Shown: positions 30,154-39,855, numbered from the whole stretch's first letter. The stretch is DNA of 63,752 bases, filler included, from Dehalococcoidia bacterium (GCA_041494685.1; 4 parts of 4 records of this genome joined end to end with filler, not necessarily neighbours in it); one strand, 5' to 3'. Notes: generated by a model not told the origin, from the letters alone. Numbers and translations: made by a program.

Positions 30154-31023
30154 CTAGTGCGCCGGCGCGCGGTCGTACCCCGCAAGATCCGGCCGCCCCG
30201 ACCACAGCCAGCCGATGTTCGTCTTGCTGATGCCCATCAGCACGCCGTGGAACGTCGCCGGGTGGATGAACATGCTGCCGTCGGGGTTCGGGCTGCCCGG
30301 GTCGCGGCCCATGAAGCGCATCCCCCGCGCCTCCAGCCGCTCCACGATCGGCGCCGTCTCCTCAGCCTCGATGTAGCACATGTACAGCGTCTCGCCGCCG
30401 CGCCGCGTCATGAAGCGCCCCATCGGCTTCGCCGGGTCGTCGATCTGCGACAGCTCGATGCGGTCTAGCCGCTCCGGCGGGTTGAACAGCGTCAGCCGGC
30501 CGTGATAGCCGTACTGCTTGCTGGTGATCGCGTGGAAGCGCGACGCGTCGAGTCCGAAGCGGTCCGCGTAGAACGCCGCCGCTGCTTCGTGGTCGTCGAT
30601 CAGGTTCGTCGCCTCGTACAGGTAGCGCATCCGGCCGATCATCGGCCGTGCGACCTCCCGCGAGATCACCATCCGCAGCCCCGGCGTCTGGTCCGGCGCG
30701 ATGAAGATCTGCCCGCCCTCGTCCGAGTACACGACGCCCTTCGCCGACAGCCGCGCCGCGAGCGCGGCCACGTCGTTCGTCGAGAACCCGGCGGCGAAGA
30801 GCCCCTCGCCCCACTGGTCCAGGAACGCCCGCACCGGCCCGGCGCCCGCCGGCTCCAGCAGCTCGAACTCGCTCGTGCCGGCATGCACGACGCGGCGCTT
30901 CGCGGCGAGCGCGCGCACCTCGTCGTCCTTCACCACCTCCGCGCCGAAGAGGTCGATGAACGTCTCGGCGGCCGCGGCGCGGTCCTTCACGGCAAGCTGT
31001 ACGCGGTCGACGTGCTCCAGCAT
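30154..31023 (-). CDS. VOC/glyoxalase family protein (two-domain)
   Basis: Start [17 protein letters not shown]...[18 protein letters not shown]. Confidence 0.8.
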   Translation of the reverse strand: MLEHVDRVQLAVKDRAAAAETFIDLFGAEVVKDDEVRALAAKRRVVHAGTSEFELLEPAGAGPVRAFLDQWGEGLFAAGFSTNDVAALAARLSAKGVVYSDEGGQIFIAPDQTPGLRMVISREVARPMIGRMRYLYEATNLIDDHEAAAAFYADRFGLDASRFHAITSKQYGYHGRLTLFNPPERLDRIELSQIDDPAKPMGRFMTRRGGETLYMCYIEAEETAPIVERLEARGMRFMGRDPGSPNPDGSMFIHPATFHGVLMGISKTNIGWLWSGRPDLAGYDRAPAH

Positions 31024-31172
31024 GGCGTCCCTCCTGGCTGCGCGGGGTGTGGCGCCTATGCTATCCCGCGCCGGACGGGCATGCAATCGCGCGCGGCAGC
31101 GAACTTCCGGACGTACAATGGACGCGAGCAACCGCGCCGTGCCCGCGGCGCTCGCACGAAAGGAGTGCCATC

Positions 31173-32153
31173 GTGAGCCAGATGCCGCCGCCCGAGGAGC
31201 GGATCAAGGACGAACAGGGGGCAGCCGCCGTCATCCGATGGTTCCTGACGGGCTTAGCGTACGTCCTGCTCATTCCTCCGTGGGGATTCATCGTCGCACT
31301 CTATTCAGTGAAGATCGTCAGCGAGTACGAGCGCGGAGTCATCTTCCGCATGGGCCGGCTGGTCGGTGCGCGCGGGCCGGGGCTCTTCCTCATCCTGCCG
31401 ATCATCGACCGCATGGTGAAGATGGACCTCCGCACCGTCACGATGGATGTGCCCAGCCAGGAGTGCATCACGCGCGACAACGTCACCGTGAAGGTCAACG
31501 CCGTCATCTACTTCCGCGTCGTCGATCCCGAATTCGCCGTCACGAAGGTGATCGACCACTTCCGCGCCACGTCGCAGATCGCCCAGACCACGCTGCGCAG
31601 CGTGCTTGGCCAGTCGATGCTCGACGAGCTGCTGTCGGAGCGCGAGCAGATCAACGCCAAGCTGCAGAAGATCATCGACGAGCAGACCGAGCCGTGGGGC
31701 GTCAAAGTCTCGACCGTCGAGGTGAAGGACGTGGAGCTGCCGCAGAGCATGCAGCGCGCGATGGCGCGGCAGGCCGAGGCCGAGCGCGAGCGCCGCGCCA
31801 AGATCATCAACGCCGACGGCGAGCTGCAGGCGTCGGAACGGTTGTCGGAGGCGGGGCGCATCATGTCGCTCCAGCCCGGCACCCTCCAGCTGCGCTTCCT
31901 GCAGACGCTGGCCGAGGTGGCCACCGAGAAGAACAGCACGATTGTCTTCCCGGTGCCGGTCGACCTGCTGGACCTGTTCACGCGGCCGATGCGCGAAGCG
32001 GCTGCCGGCGGCGGCGGTCCCCGCCCGCGCGTGCACGTCGGTCCGTCGGACCTCACCGCGCTGCCCGACGTCAGCGTGCCGCCCGTGCCCGAAGTGCCGC
32101 CTGTACCCGACATGCCGCCGGTGCCGCCGCCGCATGAAGGCGTCGTGAGCTAA
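31173..32153 (+). CDS. SPFH/stomatin (slipin) family protein with a Pro-rich tail
   Basis: AAGGAG RBS and GTG start; [36 protein letters not shown]. Confidence 0.92.
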   Translation: MSQMPPPEERIKDEQGAAAVIRWFLTGLAYVLLIPPWGFIVALYSVKIVSEYERGVIFRMGRLVGARGPGLFLILPIIDRMVKMDLRTVTMDVPSQECITRDNVTVKVNAVIYFRVVDPEFAVTKVIDHFRATSQIAQTTLRSVLGQSMLDELLSEREQINAKLQKIIDEQTEPWGVKVSTVEVKDVELPQSMQRAMARQAEAERERRAKIINADGELQASERLSEAGRIMSLQPGTLQLRFLQTLAEVATEKNSTIVFPVPVDLLDLFTRPMREAAAGGGGPRPRVHVGPSDLTALPDVSVPPVPEVPPVPDMPPVPPPHEGVVS

Positions 32154-32389
32154 CGCGAGGCGGGCTTCTCGCGTGGCGGCGACCAGCGGCGCACCGCAAG
32201 CGCCACGCCGATGCACACCGCGAAGACGCCGACCGCGATCGCCGTGAGTTCCGGCCCCCACGCCACGGCGTCGCGCCGGAACAACGCGATCATCGCGACG
32301 CCCGCGATCATCCGCAGCACGATGAACAGGACGATCAGCCGGAAGACGCGCCGGATGCGCGCCCCGGTACGCCGCAACGAATTGAGCAT
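32150..32389 (-). CDS. Small membrane hypothetical protein
   Basis: 79 aa, two hydrophobic segments; CATACT 6 nt before the ATG (leaderless-type). Confidence 0.5.
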   Translation of the reverse strand: MLNSLRRTGARIRRVFRLIVLFIVLRMIAGVAMIALFRRDAVAWGPELTAIAVGVFAVCIGVALAVRRWSPPREKPASR

Positions 32390-32410
32390 GCCGGGAGTAT
32401 GAAGGGAGCA

Positions 32411-32485
32411 GGACCTAGAACCAAGAACGTAGAACCTGGGCGGCGTTCGGGGACATTAGGTTCTTGGTTCTAAGTTCCAGGTTCT
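32411..32485. repeat. Inverted pair of heptamer tandem arrays (AGAACCT-like / AGGTTCT-like)
   Basis: Left ggacct agaacca agaacgt agaacct; right aggttct tggttct aagttcc aggttct; 13-bp perfect pairing 32416-32428 with 32460-32472. Confidence 0.8.
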
Positions 32486-32497
32486 CCCGGAGGGACA

Positions 32498-32968
32498 TTG
32501 GCGCATCTCGAGATCCAGAAGTTCGTCGCGGCGCCGCCGGAGCGCGTCTGGGACGTCCTCGCCGACCTGGAGCACCAGGCCGCGTGGATGGTCGACGTGC
32601 GCAAGCTCGATATCGTCACCGAGGAGAAGCGCGGCGTCGGCGCCGTCATGCACGTCACCAGCGAACTCTTCGGCCTGCCGCTCGTGAAGGACGTGATGGC
32701 GATCACCGCGTGGGAGCCGCCGCGCCGCATGGACGTCGAGCATCGCGGCCAGTTCCACGGCTCCGGCCAGTTCCTGCTCGACCGCGCCGACAACGGCACG
32801 ATCTTCACCTGGATCGAGGACTTCGCGCCGCCCCTCGGCCCGCTCGGCGAGGCCGTATTCGCGCTCGTCGTCCGCCCCCACCTGCTCCGCGTCTTCGCGC
32901 GTTCGATGGAGAACGTCCGCTGCCTGGCGGAGGCGCCGAGTGAAGCACCGACGGGAATTCAGAATTGA
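32498..32968 (+). CDS. SRPBCC (polyketide cyclase/START-like) family protein
   Basis: GGAGGG RBS and TTG start; VAAPPERVWDVLAD...WM, TAWEPPRR. Confidence 0.82.
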   Translation: MAHLEIQKFVAAPPERVWDVLADLEHQAAWMVDVRKLDIVTEEKRGVGAVMHVTSELFGLPLVKDVMAITAWEPPRRMDVEHRGQFHGSGQFLLDRADNGTIFTWIEDFAPPLGPLGEAVFALVVRPHLLRVFARSMENVRCLAEAPSEAPTGIQN

Positions 32969-33046
32969 CATAAGACATTCTGGGGCGCGCTTGGTATAGC
33001 CCTGCCGCGCGGCGCTGGCCGTTATCATGGTGTCCGGAGAAGAGCA

Positions 33047-34234
33047 ATGCCAACTGAGCGCATCCCGGTCCAGGCAGGCGTCCTTGAGTGGGCGCGTCGA
33101 TCTGCTCGGCTTGATGTCGATGCCGCTGCTTCGAAACTCGGCGTGTCGCGAGACACCATCAGTAAGTGGGAAGGCGGTGAGATCGCTCCTACCATCGTGC
33201 AGTTGCGCAACTGCGCGCGTGTGTATGGACGGCCGTTGGCCGTCTTGCTCCTGCCGGCACCTCCTCCTGACTTCGATGCCATGCGTGACTTCAGAAGCGG
33301 TGACGTAGCTCAAGCCGGCTGGAGTCCTCAGCTTGCGGCGGAGTTCAGGCGAGCGCTTGCGCAGCGCGACGTAATCCTTGAAATCGCCGAAGTCAGTCCC
33401 GAGTCAGTTCACCCGGCCGCTGCCTTTCCTGCCATCGATGTCCGGACCGACGCGGAGCGCGCAGGTACTGCGCTGCGTGAATTCCTCGGCGTTTCATTGG
33501 ACGAGCAATATCGATTCGCTGATCCACACGACGCCTTGCGCGCATGGATCACGGCCGCCGAGCATCGCGGCGTGATAGTGATTCAAACGCGAGGCGTGGA
33601 ACTCCAGGAGATGAAAGGGTTCTCGATAAGCGAGTGGCCGTATCCCGTGGTTGCCCTCAACGGAGCAGATTGGCCCCGGAGGCGGACATTCAGCCTGCTT
33701 CACGAACTGGCTCATCTGGCGGTCAACCTCGGAGGGTTGTGCGACCTCCACGAGATGCGGACCGTCCGTCGCAGTCAGGAGGATGATCTTGAGCACGCGT
33801 GCAATGAAGTTGCCGCAGCCGTTCTGCTGCCTGAGGCTGCACTGCTGGCGCAGCGCTCCATAGCCACTGCGAAGGAAACGCACGGCTGGACGCTCGAAGA
33901 GTTGGGCACGCTTGAAGCGAGATTCCATGTCAGCTCAGAAGCCATTCTTCTCCGCTTGATCAAGATCGGCAAGGCGACATGGAATACCTATTGGCTGCGA
34001 AAACCAGAACTTGATAGCCAATACACCGCCGCGCGCGAGCATCAAGCGGAGCGCAACCGGGAGAGGGAGGGCGGCCCATCCTATTACCTGGTGAAGGCAC
34101 GCAACGTGGGCCGTGCGTACGCAACCAGCGTACTCGATGCCTATCGTAATCGCCGAATCAGCGCGCTGGACGTGGCTGACTACCTCGACATCCGCTACAG
34201 CCAGCTTTCGAAGTTCGAGGCGGCCATTCGATGA
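33047..34234 (+). CDS. XRE-HTH + ImmA/IrrE family zinc metallopeptidase
   Basis: LEWARR..KWEGG..PTIVQL HTH; RRTFSLLHELAH (HExxH); EHACNEVAAAVLLP; lower GC. Confidence 0.9.
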   Translation: MPTERIPVQAGVLEWARRSARLDVDAAASKLGVSRDTISKWEGGEIAPTIVQLRNCARVYGRPLAVLLLPAPPPDFDAMRDFRSGDVAQAGWSPQLAAEFRRALAQRDVILEIAEVSPESVHPAAAFPAIDVRTDAERAGTALREFLGVSLDEQYRFADPHDALRAWITAAEHRGVIVIQTRGVELQEMKGFSISEWPYPVVALNGADWPRRRTFSLLHELAHLAVNLGGLCDLHEMRTVRRSQEDDLEHACNEVAAAVLLPEAALLAQRSIATAKETHGWTLEELGTLEARFHVSSEAILLRLIKIGKATWNTYWLRKPELDSQYTAAREHQAERNREREGGPSYYLVKARNVGRAYATSVLDAYRNRRISALDVADYLDIRYSQLSKFEAAIR

Positions 34235-34707
34235 CCCCAGGAACCACCTACTCGATTGACACTAGCGCCTTGATGGATGGCATGAAGCGGTACTATCCGC
34301 CGGCGACATTCACACAGCTGTGGGTCCAGATCGATGGGTTGATCGAAGCCGGTCGGCTCCTGGCTTCGGAGGAGGTGGCTGAGGAGGTCAAAGTTCACGA
34401 CGACGAATTGCGCGACTGGGTTCATTCTCGCGCGGGTAGACTCATCGTCCCAACCGATGCTCGCATTGCCAGCGAAGTTACGCGAGTCTTGACGGTCAAT
34501 CCACGCCTGGCGGGGAACATCAGGGGGCGCAACCGCGCCGACGCGTTCGTAATCGCGCTCGCCTCGTTGCGTGGAGCCACGGTCGTCACTGGTGAAGGTC
34601 ACAACGGAACTGCAGACCGGCCGAAGATACCGTACGTCTGCCAGCAGCTTGGCATACCTTGTATCCGGCTGCTGGAGGTGATTATCGCGGAAGGCTGGAC
34701 GTTCTAG
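34231..34707 (+). CDS. DUF4411 family PIN-fold protein
   Basis: YSIDTSALM, RYYP, ADAFVIALA, VVTGE, KIPYVC; ATGA overlap with the upstream gene. Confidence 0.85.
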   Translation: MTPGTTYSIDTSALMDGMKRYYPPATFTQLWVQIDGLIEAGRLLASEEVAEEVKVHDDELRDWVHSRAGRLIVPTDARIASEVTRVLTVNPRLAGNIRGRNRADAFVIALASLRGATVVTGEGHNGTADRPKIPYVCQQLGIPCIRLLEVIIAEGWTF

Positions 34708-34713
34708 TGCCTC

Positions 34714-36366
34714 CTACCGCGTCAGCCAGCCGAACTGCTGCGGCTTCCGCTGCGACTTCGCGTTGATCATGATGTTCACCACGTTCGGGCGGTTGCTCGC
34801 CAGCGCCGCGTCCAGCGCCGGGCGCAGCTGCTCCGGCGTCTCGACGTAGTAGCCGTCGCCGCCGAACGCCTCGATCACCTTCTCGTAGCGCGCGTTCGGC
34901 ACGTACGACGTCGGCATCACGCGCGCCGGGTCCAGCGTGCTCGGACCGCCGCCGATGCCGTTGTTGTTGAGAATGATGAACGTGATCGGCATGCCGTAGC
35001 GGCACGCCACCTCCACCTCCATCCCGCTGAATCCGAAGGCTGAGTCGCCTTCGACCGCCACCACGCGCTTGCCCGGGTGCACCGCCTGCGCCGCGATCGC
35101 GAAGGCCAGCCCCACGCCCATCGTGCCGAAGCTGCCCGCGTCCAGCCGGTGGCGCGGCTCGAAGTTCGGCAGCACCGTGCGGCCGATGTCCATCGTGCTC
35201 GCGCCCTCGCTGCAGATGATTGCGTCGCGCGGCAACACGTCGCGGATGTCGCGCAGCGCGCGGTAGTAGCCCATCGGCGACGCGTCGTCATCGAGCATCG
35301 CCTGCGTGCTGCCGCGGTTCTCCTCGATCTTCTTTGCGATGCCCGTGCGCCAGGTGTTCTCCGCGGCGAACTGCCACGGCTGCTCGCGCAGCGCCGCGTT
35401 CAGCTGCCCGGTCACCGCTTTCGCGTCGCCCGCCAGCGCCACCTCGGCCGGCACGTTCGCCCCGATCTCCTCCGCGGCGATGTCCATCTGGATCACGCGC
35501 ACGTCCGGGCTGAAGCGCGGTGGCAGGCCGAAGTGCATGATCCAGTTCAACCGCGCGCCGATCAGCAGCACCAGGTCGGCGTTCTGCAGCACGTGCGAGC
35601 GCGCCGGCGCCGTCGAGAGCGCGTGGTCGTCCGGCATCACGCCCTTGCCCATCGGCGACGCGAGGAACGGCAGCTGCGTGGTCTCGATGAACTCGCGCAC
35701 CTCCGGCGCCGCATCGGCGTACGCTGCCCCCTTGCCGACGATCACCAGCGGCCGCTCCGCCGTCTTCAGCGCCGCCAGTGCCGCCTGCACCGCCGCCGGG
35801 TCCGCGAACGACCGCGGCGGCTCCGGCACGCGCGGCCGCTGCGGCGCGGCGTCCTCGTCGAACTTCGCGCCGATGATGTCGCCCGGCAGGTCCAGGTACA
35901 CGGGGCCGGGACGCCCGTAGATCGAGGTGCGCACGGCCTGCTCGACGAAGTAGGGGATGCGCTCGGCGCGGTCCACCGTGGCCGCGTACTTGCACCACGG
36001 CCGCGCCGCCTCGACCTGCGGCGCTTCCTGGAACGCGCCCATGCCGTGCTGCGAGATGTCGGACGCGCCGCCGAGCAGGATCATCGGCCAGCGGTTCGAC
36101 CACGCGTTGGCGAGGCCGGAGATGGCGTTCGTCATGCCGGGGCCGGAGACCGCCAGGCACGCGCCCGGCCGCCCCGTCATGTAGCCGACCGCCTGCGCGG
36201 CATACGCCGCCGACTGCTCGTGCCGCATGCCGATGTACGTGATCCCCTCGCGCTGCGCTGCGAACGCGATCGGCACCACCGGCACCCCGACGATGCCGAA
36301 CATGTACTGCACGCCCTGCGCCTTCAGGCTCCGCGCGATCAGCGCCGCCCCGTCAACCTCCGCCAT
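34714..36366 (-). CDS. Thiamine-diphosphate enzyme, 2-hydroxyacyl-CoA lyase / oxalyl-CoA decarboxylase family
   Basis: FGIVGVPV, RHEQSA, LDAGSFGTMGVG, GDSAFGFSGME..NNNGI ThDP motif; C-terminus RKPQQFGWLTR; AGGAG RBS favours start 36366. Confidence 0.9.
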   Translation of the reverse strand: MAEVDGAALIARSLKAQGVQYMFGIVGVPVVPIAFAAQREGITYIGMRHEQSAAYAAQAVGYMTGRPGACLAVSGPGMTNAISGLANAWSNRWPMILLGGASDISQHGMGAFQEAPQVEAARPWCKYAATVDRAERIPYFVEQAVRTSIYGRPGPVYLDLPGDIIGAKFDEDAAPQRPRVPEPPRSFADPAAVQAALAALKTAERPLVIVGKGAAYADAAPEVREFIETTQLPFLASPMGKGVMPDDHALSTAPARSHVLQNADLVLLIGARLNWIMHFGLPPRFSPDVRVIQMDIAAEEIGANVPAEVALAGDAKAVTGQLNAALREQPWQFAAENTWRTGIAKKIEENRGSTQAMLDDDASPMGYYRALRDIRDVLPRDAIICSEGASTMDIGRTVLPNFEPRHRLDAGSFGTMGVGLAFAIAAQAVHPGKRVVAVEGDSAFGFSGMEVEVACRYGMPITFIILNNNGIGGGPSTLDPARVMPTSYVPNARYEKVIEAFGGDGYYVETPEQLRPALDAALASNRPNVVNIMINAKSQRKPQQFGWLTR

Positions 36367-37540
36367 CACCATCTCCTTCTACAACATCAGCCTTGCGTAC
36401 CGATGCCTGTGCCGCCAAGCTCACTGCCGGTGCCCAACGAGGGTCGATTGACGTGTGAAAGTCGCTCGGTGTGAGCCCATCAAAGTCGCTCACGAGGTTG
36501 CCGATGTTTGAATTGACGGCGATACACAACGCCGTTCCATCCGTGAAGTGGAACTGGATGGCTTCACGTTCATGGAGAGATTCGCTCGACGCTTCGGCAC
36601 CGAACCTCACGGATTGAATAGTCTTCCCGATCGCTTCCTGTAACAGCCCTAGCTTGAACTCTGGCATGGGCGGACCAACGATTTCCGGAAATGCCTTCAG
36701 CGCGTCCTCCCTCCTGACGCACGACTCCGCGTCTACGCCGAACTCACGCTCAAGCCAATCGACCAGTTCGCCAAGCCCGGATTGGATCGCCCGAATATCG
36801 CCGTCGAAGGTAGCGAATGCCTCGAACGACGACGTAACCCCCTTTGTCACGCCGTGCTTTCGGTTACGCATCTCACGGTTCTTGGTGAGCGGTGCATGCA
36901 CTTTCGTAATCAGCTCGGGTGGCATGATCGCCTTGAGGGTGTCCAACTTGCCGCGGGCGCTGCGGGCGTTGATAGACCGCCTCGCAGCGATCAGTGTCAG
37001 CGCATCTTCGCTCAGTCCGTCCCCTATCACCCGATAGAGTTCAAGGTGCGCCTGAGCGTAGGCATCGGCGTTTTCGCTGGCAGGGTAGTTCACGAGCGGG
37101 TTTCCGACGACTTTCCACAGCGGCACGCCGAGCACGTAATTCGTCGTTGCATTGATCTTCTGGATCAGTGCGTTCAACTGGAGAAGCGGCCCGTCCTCGA
37201 CGTCCCATTCAGCATCGAGGTTCCGCCTTACCCAGCGCTCGAAGGCCGGATCGTCTTCGTTGAACTCCGTCGGCTTGGTTCTGAACGCGAGCCAGATCCT
37301 CTGATCGCGATTGCTGAGCCGCTCGATGTCGAAGCTCAAAGCCGCCAAATGCACCGCTCCCTCTGCGTCGTGGCGCAGCGCAAAGCGCATGTGTAACGGC
37401 GTTCCACCGTCAGCACCGACTGACTCCAGTTCCCCGCCCATGTCGTCCTCGACGAGCACGTACTCTTCCGGCGACTGACGGTAAGACGCCAGCACCTTCC
37501 GATCGAAGTAAACGAAGAACTTCTCGTAGGCGTCATTCAC
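36353..37540 (-). CDS. Lower-GC hypothetical protein, possible HEPN-like motif
   Basis: AGGAGG RBS and GTG at 37540 (VNDAYEKFF...); 395 aa; atypical codon usage; REMRNRKHG. Confidence 0.7.
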   Translation of the reverse strand: MNDAYEKFFVYFDRKVLASYRQSPEEYVLVEDDMGGELESVGADGGTPLHMRFALRHDAEGAVHLAALSFDIERLSNRDQRIWLAFRTKPTEFNEDDPAFERWVRRNLDAEWDVEDGPLLQLNALIQKINATTNYVLGVPLWKVVGNPLVNYPASENADAYAQAHLELYRVIGDGLSEDALTLIAARRSINARSARGKLDTLKAIMPPELITKVHAPLTKNREMRNRKHGVTKGVTSSFEAFATFDGDIRAIQSGLGELVDWLEREFGVDAESCVRREDALKAFPEIVGPPMPEFKLGLLQEAIGKTIQSVRFGAEASSESLHEREAIQFHFTDGTALCIAVNSNIGNLVSDFDGLTPSDFHTSIDPRWAPAVSLAAQASVRKADVVEGDGDGGG

Positions 37541-37593
37541 TCGCCGACCTCCTTCGATGACTCCCGGAGCTCGCTTGACCCCGCGCACGCGCC

Positions 37594-38376
37594 TCACGCC
37601 CGCGCCCACAGGTCCAGCCGCACGTAGTCCGCGGTGTACGGCGCGCCGTACCGCGCGACCGTCTCTCGCACGACGGCGCGCGCGTAGCCGTCGCGCAGCT
37701 CCTCCGGCAGTCGCGCGACGTGGTCGCGGAGCAGGATCGTGCGTGCGTAGAGCGCGGCCTCGTCCTCCACCTCGAACGGCACCGGCTCCGCCCACAGCTC
37801 CGCGCGCACGTCGCGCCACCCCGCACGCTCCATCGACGCTTTCGCGCGCTCCGGCGAGCGGTACGTCTTCGTATCGCTGAAGTCCGAGAAGTACGGCACG
37901 TACTGCGGCTCGCGTATCACCGTCCCCGCCGACTCCAGCACGTGCGCGTTGTTGCCGAAGCCGCCGCACTGCGCGCGCAGCCGGCCGCCGGGCTTCGTCG
38001 CCCGGAACAGGCAGCCGAATAGCGCGTCGTCGTCCGGTATCCAGTGGAACACCGCGTTCGAGAACACCGCGTCCACCTGCTCGGGCAGCGTGAAGTCGGT
38101 GAGGCTCACGTGGATCGGGTGGACGTTCCTGACGCCGCGCTCGGCGATGCTCTTGCGCAGCGACGCGATCATCTCCGCCGACGCGTCGACGGCGTAGATC
38201 CTGCCGCGCGGCAGCTTCTCCAGCAGGTCGAACGTCACCGAGCCGGAGCCGCAGCCCGCGTCGAGCACCGTCTCGCCGCCCTCCAGTTCGAGGCCGTCGA
38301 TCACCTTCTGCGCCCAGCGGCGCATCGGCTTGCCGATCCGGTCGTAGACCTCGGCGTCCCAGTAGGTGTTCGTCAT
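37594..38376 (-). CDS. Class I SAM-dependent methyltransferase (trans-aconitate MT-like)
   Basis: WDAEVY, VLDAGCGSG, DAVFSNAVFHW, DYVRL. Confidence 0.88.
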   Translation of the reverse strand: MTNTYWDAEVYDRIGKPMRRWAQKVIDGLELEGGETVLDAGCGSGSVTFDLLEKLPRGRIYAVDASAEMIASLRKSIAERGVRNVHPIHVSLTDFTLPEQVDAVFSNAVFHWIPDDDALFGCLFRATKPGGRLRAQCGGFGNNAHVLESAGTVIREPQYVPYFSDFSDTKTYRSPERAKASMERAGWRDVRAELWAEPVPFEVEDEAALYARTILLRDHVARLPEELRDGYARAVVRETVARYGAPYTADYVRLDLWARA

Positions 38377-38557
38377 CTCGCGCGCCCCTCGTCGCCCGCG
38401 CCGCGCCCGGCGGGCGGCGTCCTCACGACACTATAGACGCCGTCGGCGGAAGGGGTGACATGATCGTCTTGGATATGCCCGTCCCGCCGATGCACAATCG
38501 CGACGGATCGCTGCGCCTGCGCGCCAACCCGCCGTTGTGGTACGCCGCTCCGGCCGC

Positions 38558-38630
38558 GAAACAGCGAAAAGTGCCGAGCAAACTCATCCCCCGGCCTGGC
38601 CGGAAACAGTGAAAAGTGCCGAGCAAACTC
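38558..38630. repeat. 28-bp direct repeat, two copies, period 45
   Basis: gaaacag(c/t)gaaaagtgccgagcaaactc at 38558-38585 and 38603-38630 (27/28 identical). Confidence 0.85.
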
Positions 38631-38904
38631 GGTCGTCGGGAACGGCTCAGGCAGGCCGTTTCTGCGAAACGAAATGCCTCGCAGATTCGGATCGCGCCTG
38701 GCCAGAACCTGGACGGAAATGCGCATCCCGCCACCGCGTTGTGATCTGTGGAAGAAGGACAGAGGCCCCGCAAGAGCGGGGCCCCAGTCACAGGCAGAGG
38801 AAGGAGGTAGCCGGATGACCGTCCCTGCAAGACGGCCCGCCGCTACCTGAAACGTCGGCCGGTTCCGGCCAGATCTGTTGGCCCCCGGCGGAGATTTCCC
38901 CACG

Positions 38905-39546
38905 ATGTTCGCATTCAATCAGACAATCAGATCCCGCCCATCCGCCCCCGGCGGCCCCGCGCCCGCCTCCCCGGCGGCCGACGCCGCCCTGACCGAGGCG
39001 CTGGACCTGCTCACCGGCCGCTACAGCCTGCTCGACGCCGCCGGCGACCGCCGCGCCGCGTATTGCCGCATCTACGCCCGCTACATCGCCGCGCTCCGCC
39101 GGGAGGTCGCCGCCGGCGCGTTCGGCGCGACCGCATCGTGGCTGGCCGGCCTCGAACTCGACACGGCGCGGCGCTACCTGCGCGCCATCGACGAGTGGGG
39201 GTGCCACAACATGTGGAGCGTGCCCGCGCCGTGGCGCGCCGCCTTCACGCTGGCCGCCGACGCCTCGGGCGACGGCATCGCTACCTCGCTGCGCGCCCAC
39301 CTGTCGTACGAGTTGCCGCTGGCGGTCGCGCGCGCCGGCACCGTCCGCGGCGCCGGGGGCGCGTTCAAGCGCGCCGGGCGCATCTTCGCGGCCGCGGCGC
39401 CGTTGCACGCGCACGATGTCGCCGTCCTCCACGCGGCCGCCTGGCGCGAGGGCACGGCGCTGGCGGCGGCCGGCGACGACGAGCGCGAGACCGTCTACCG
39501 CCGCCTCCAGATGGACACGATGCAGGCGATCGTCCAGGACCGATAG
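38905..39546 (+). CDS. DUF5995-like protein (divergent)
   Basis: DRRAAYCRIY, VPAPWRAAF, AHLSYELPLA resemble the family motif. Confidence 0.55.
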   Translation: MFAFNQTIRSRPSAPGGPAPASPAADAALTEALDLLTGRYSLLDAAGDRRAAYCRIYARYIAALRREVAAGAFGATASWLAGLELDTARRYLRAIDEWGCHNMWSVPAPWRAAFTLAADASGDGIATSLRAHLSYELPLAVARAGTVRGAGGAFKRAGRIFAAAAPLHAHDVAVLHAAAWREGTALAAAGDDERETVYRRLQMDTMQAIVQDR

Positions 39547-39576
39547 CGCCGCCGATCCGCCCGCTATACTCCCCCC

Positions 39577-39855
39577 ATGAAGTCCGACCTGCGTAAGCGC
39601 ATCATGCGTCTGCCCGTGCGGGCGAAGCTGCAACTGGCCTGGCGCCTCTTCCGCGACCCGGAGACTCCCGCGCTCGCCAAGAGTGTGATGCCGGTGGTGC
39701 TGCTGTACCTCGCCAGCCCGATCGACATCATCCCCGATTTCATCCCGCTGCTTGGCCAGCTCGACGATCTGCTGGTGCTGGCAGCCGGCCTGGGCCTCGT
39801 GCTCTGGCTGACGCCGCCCCACGTGATCGAAGATCACCTCGGCGCACTCGAATGA
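39577..39855 (+). CDS. YkvA/DUF1232 membrane protein
   Basis: YLASPIDIIPDFIPLLGQLDD. Confidence 0.92.
   Translation: MKSDLRKRIMRLPVRAKLQLAWRLFRDPETPALAKSVMPVVLLYLASPIDIIPDFIPLLGQLDDLLVLAAGLGLVLWLTPPHVIEDHLGALE

Noticed and set aside
32965..33000. Consensus promoter TTGACA...TATAGC for the IrrE/PIN module
   Set aside because: Spacing is 24 nt, too long; at most an extended -10 element, so not called
38558..38630. Mini-CRISPR array or tracrRNA-like sequence (gaaaagtgccgag..ctcggt)
   Set aside because: Only two good repeats with a 17-nt spacer and no cas genes; resemblance to a tracrRNA 3' end is short and superficial
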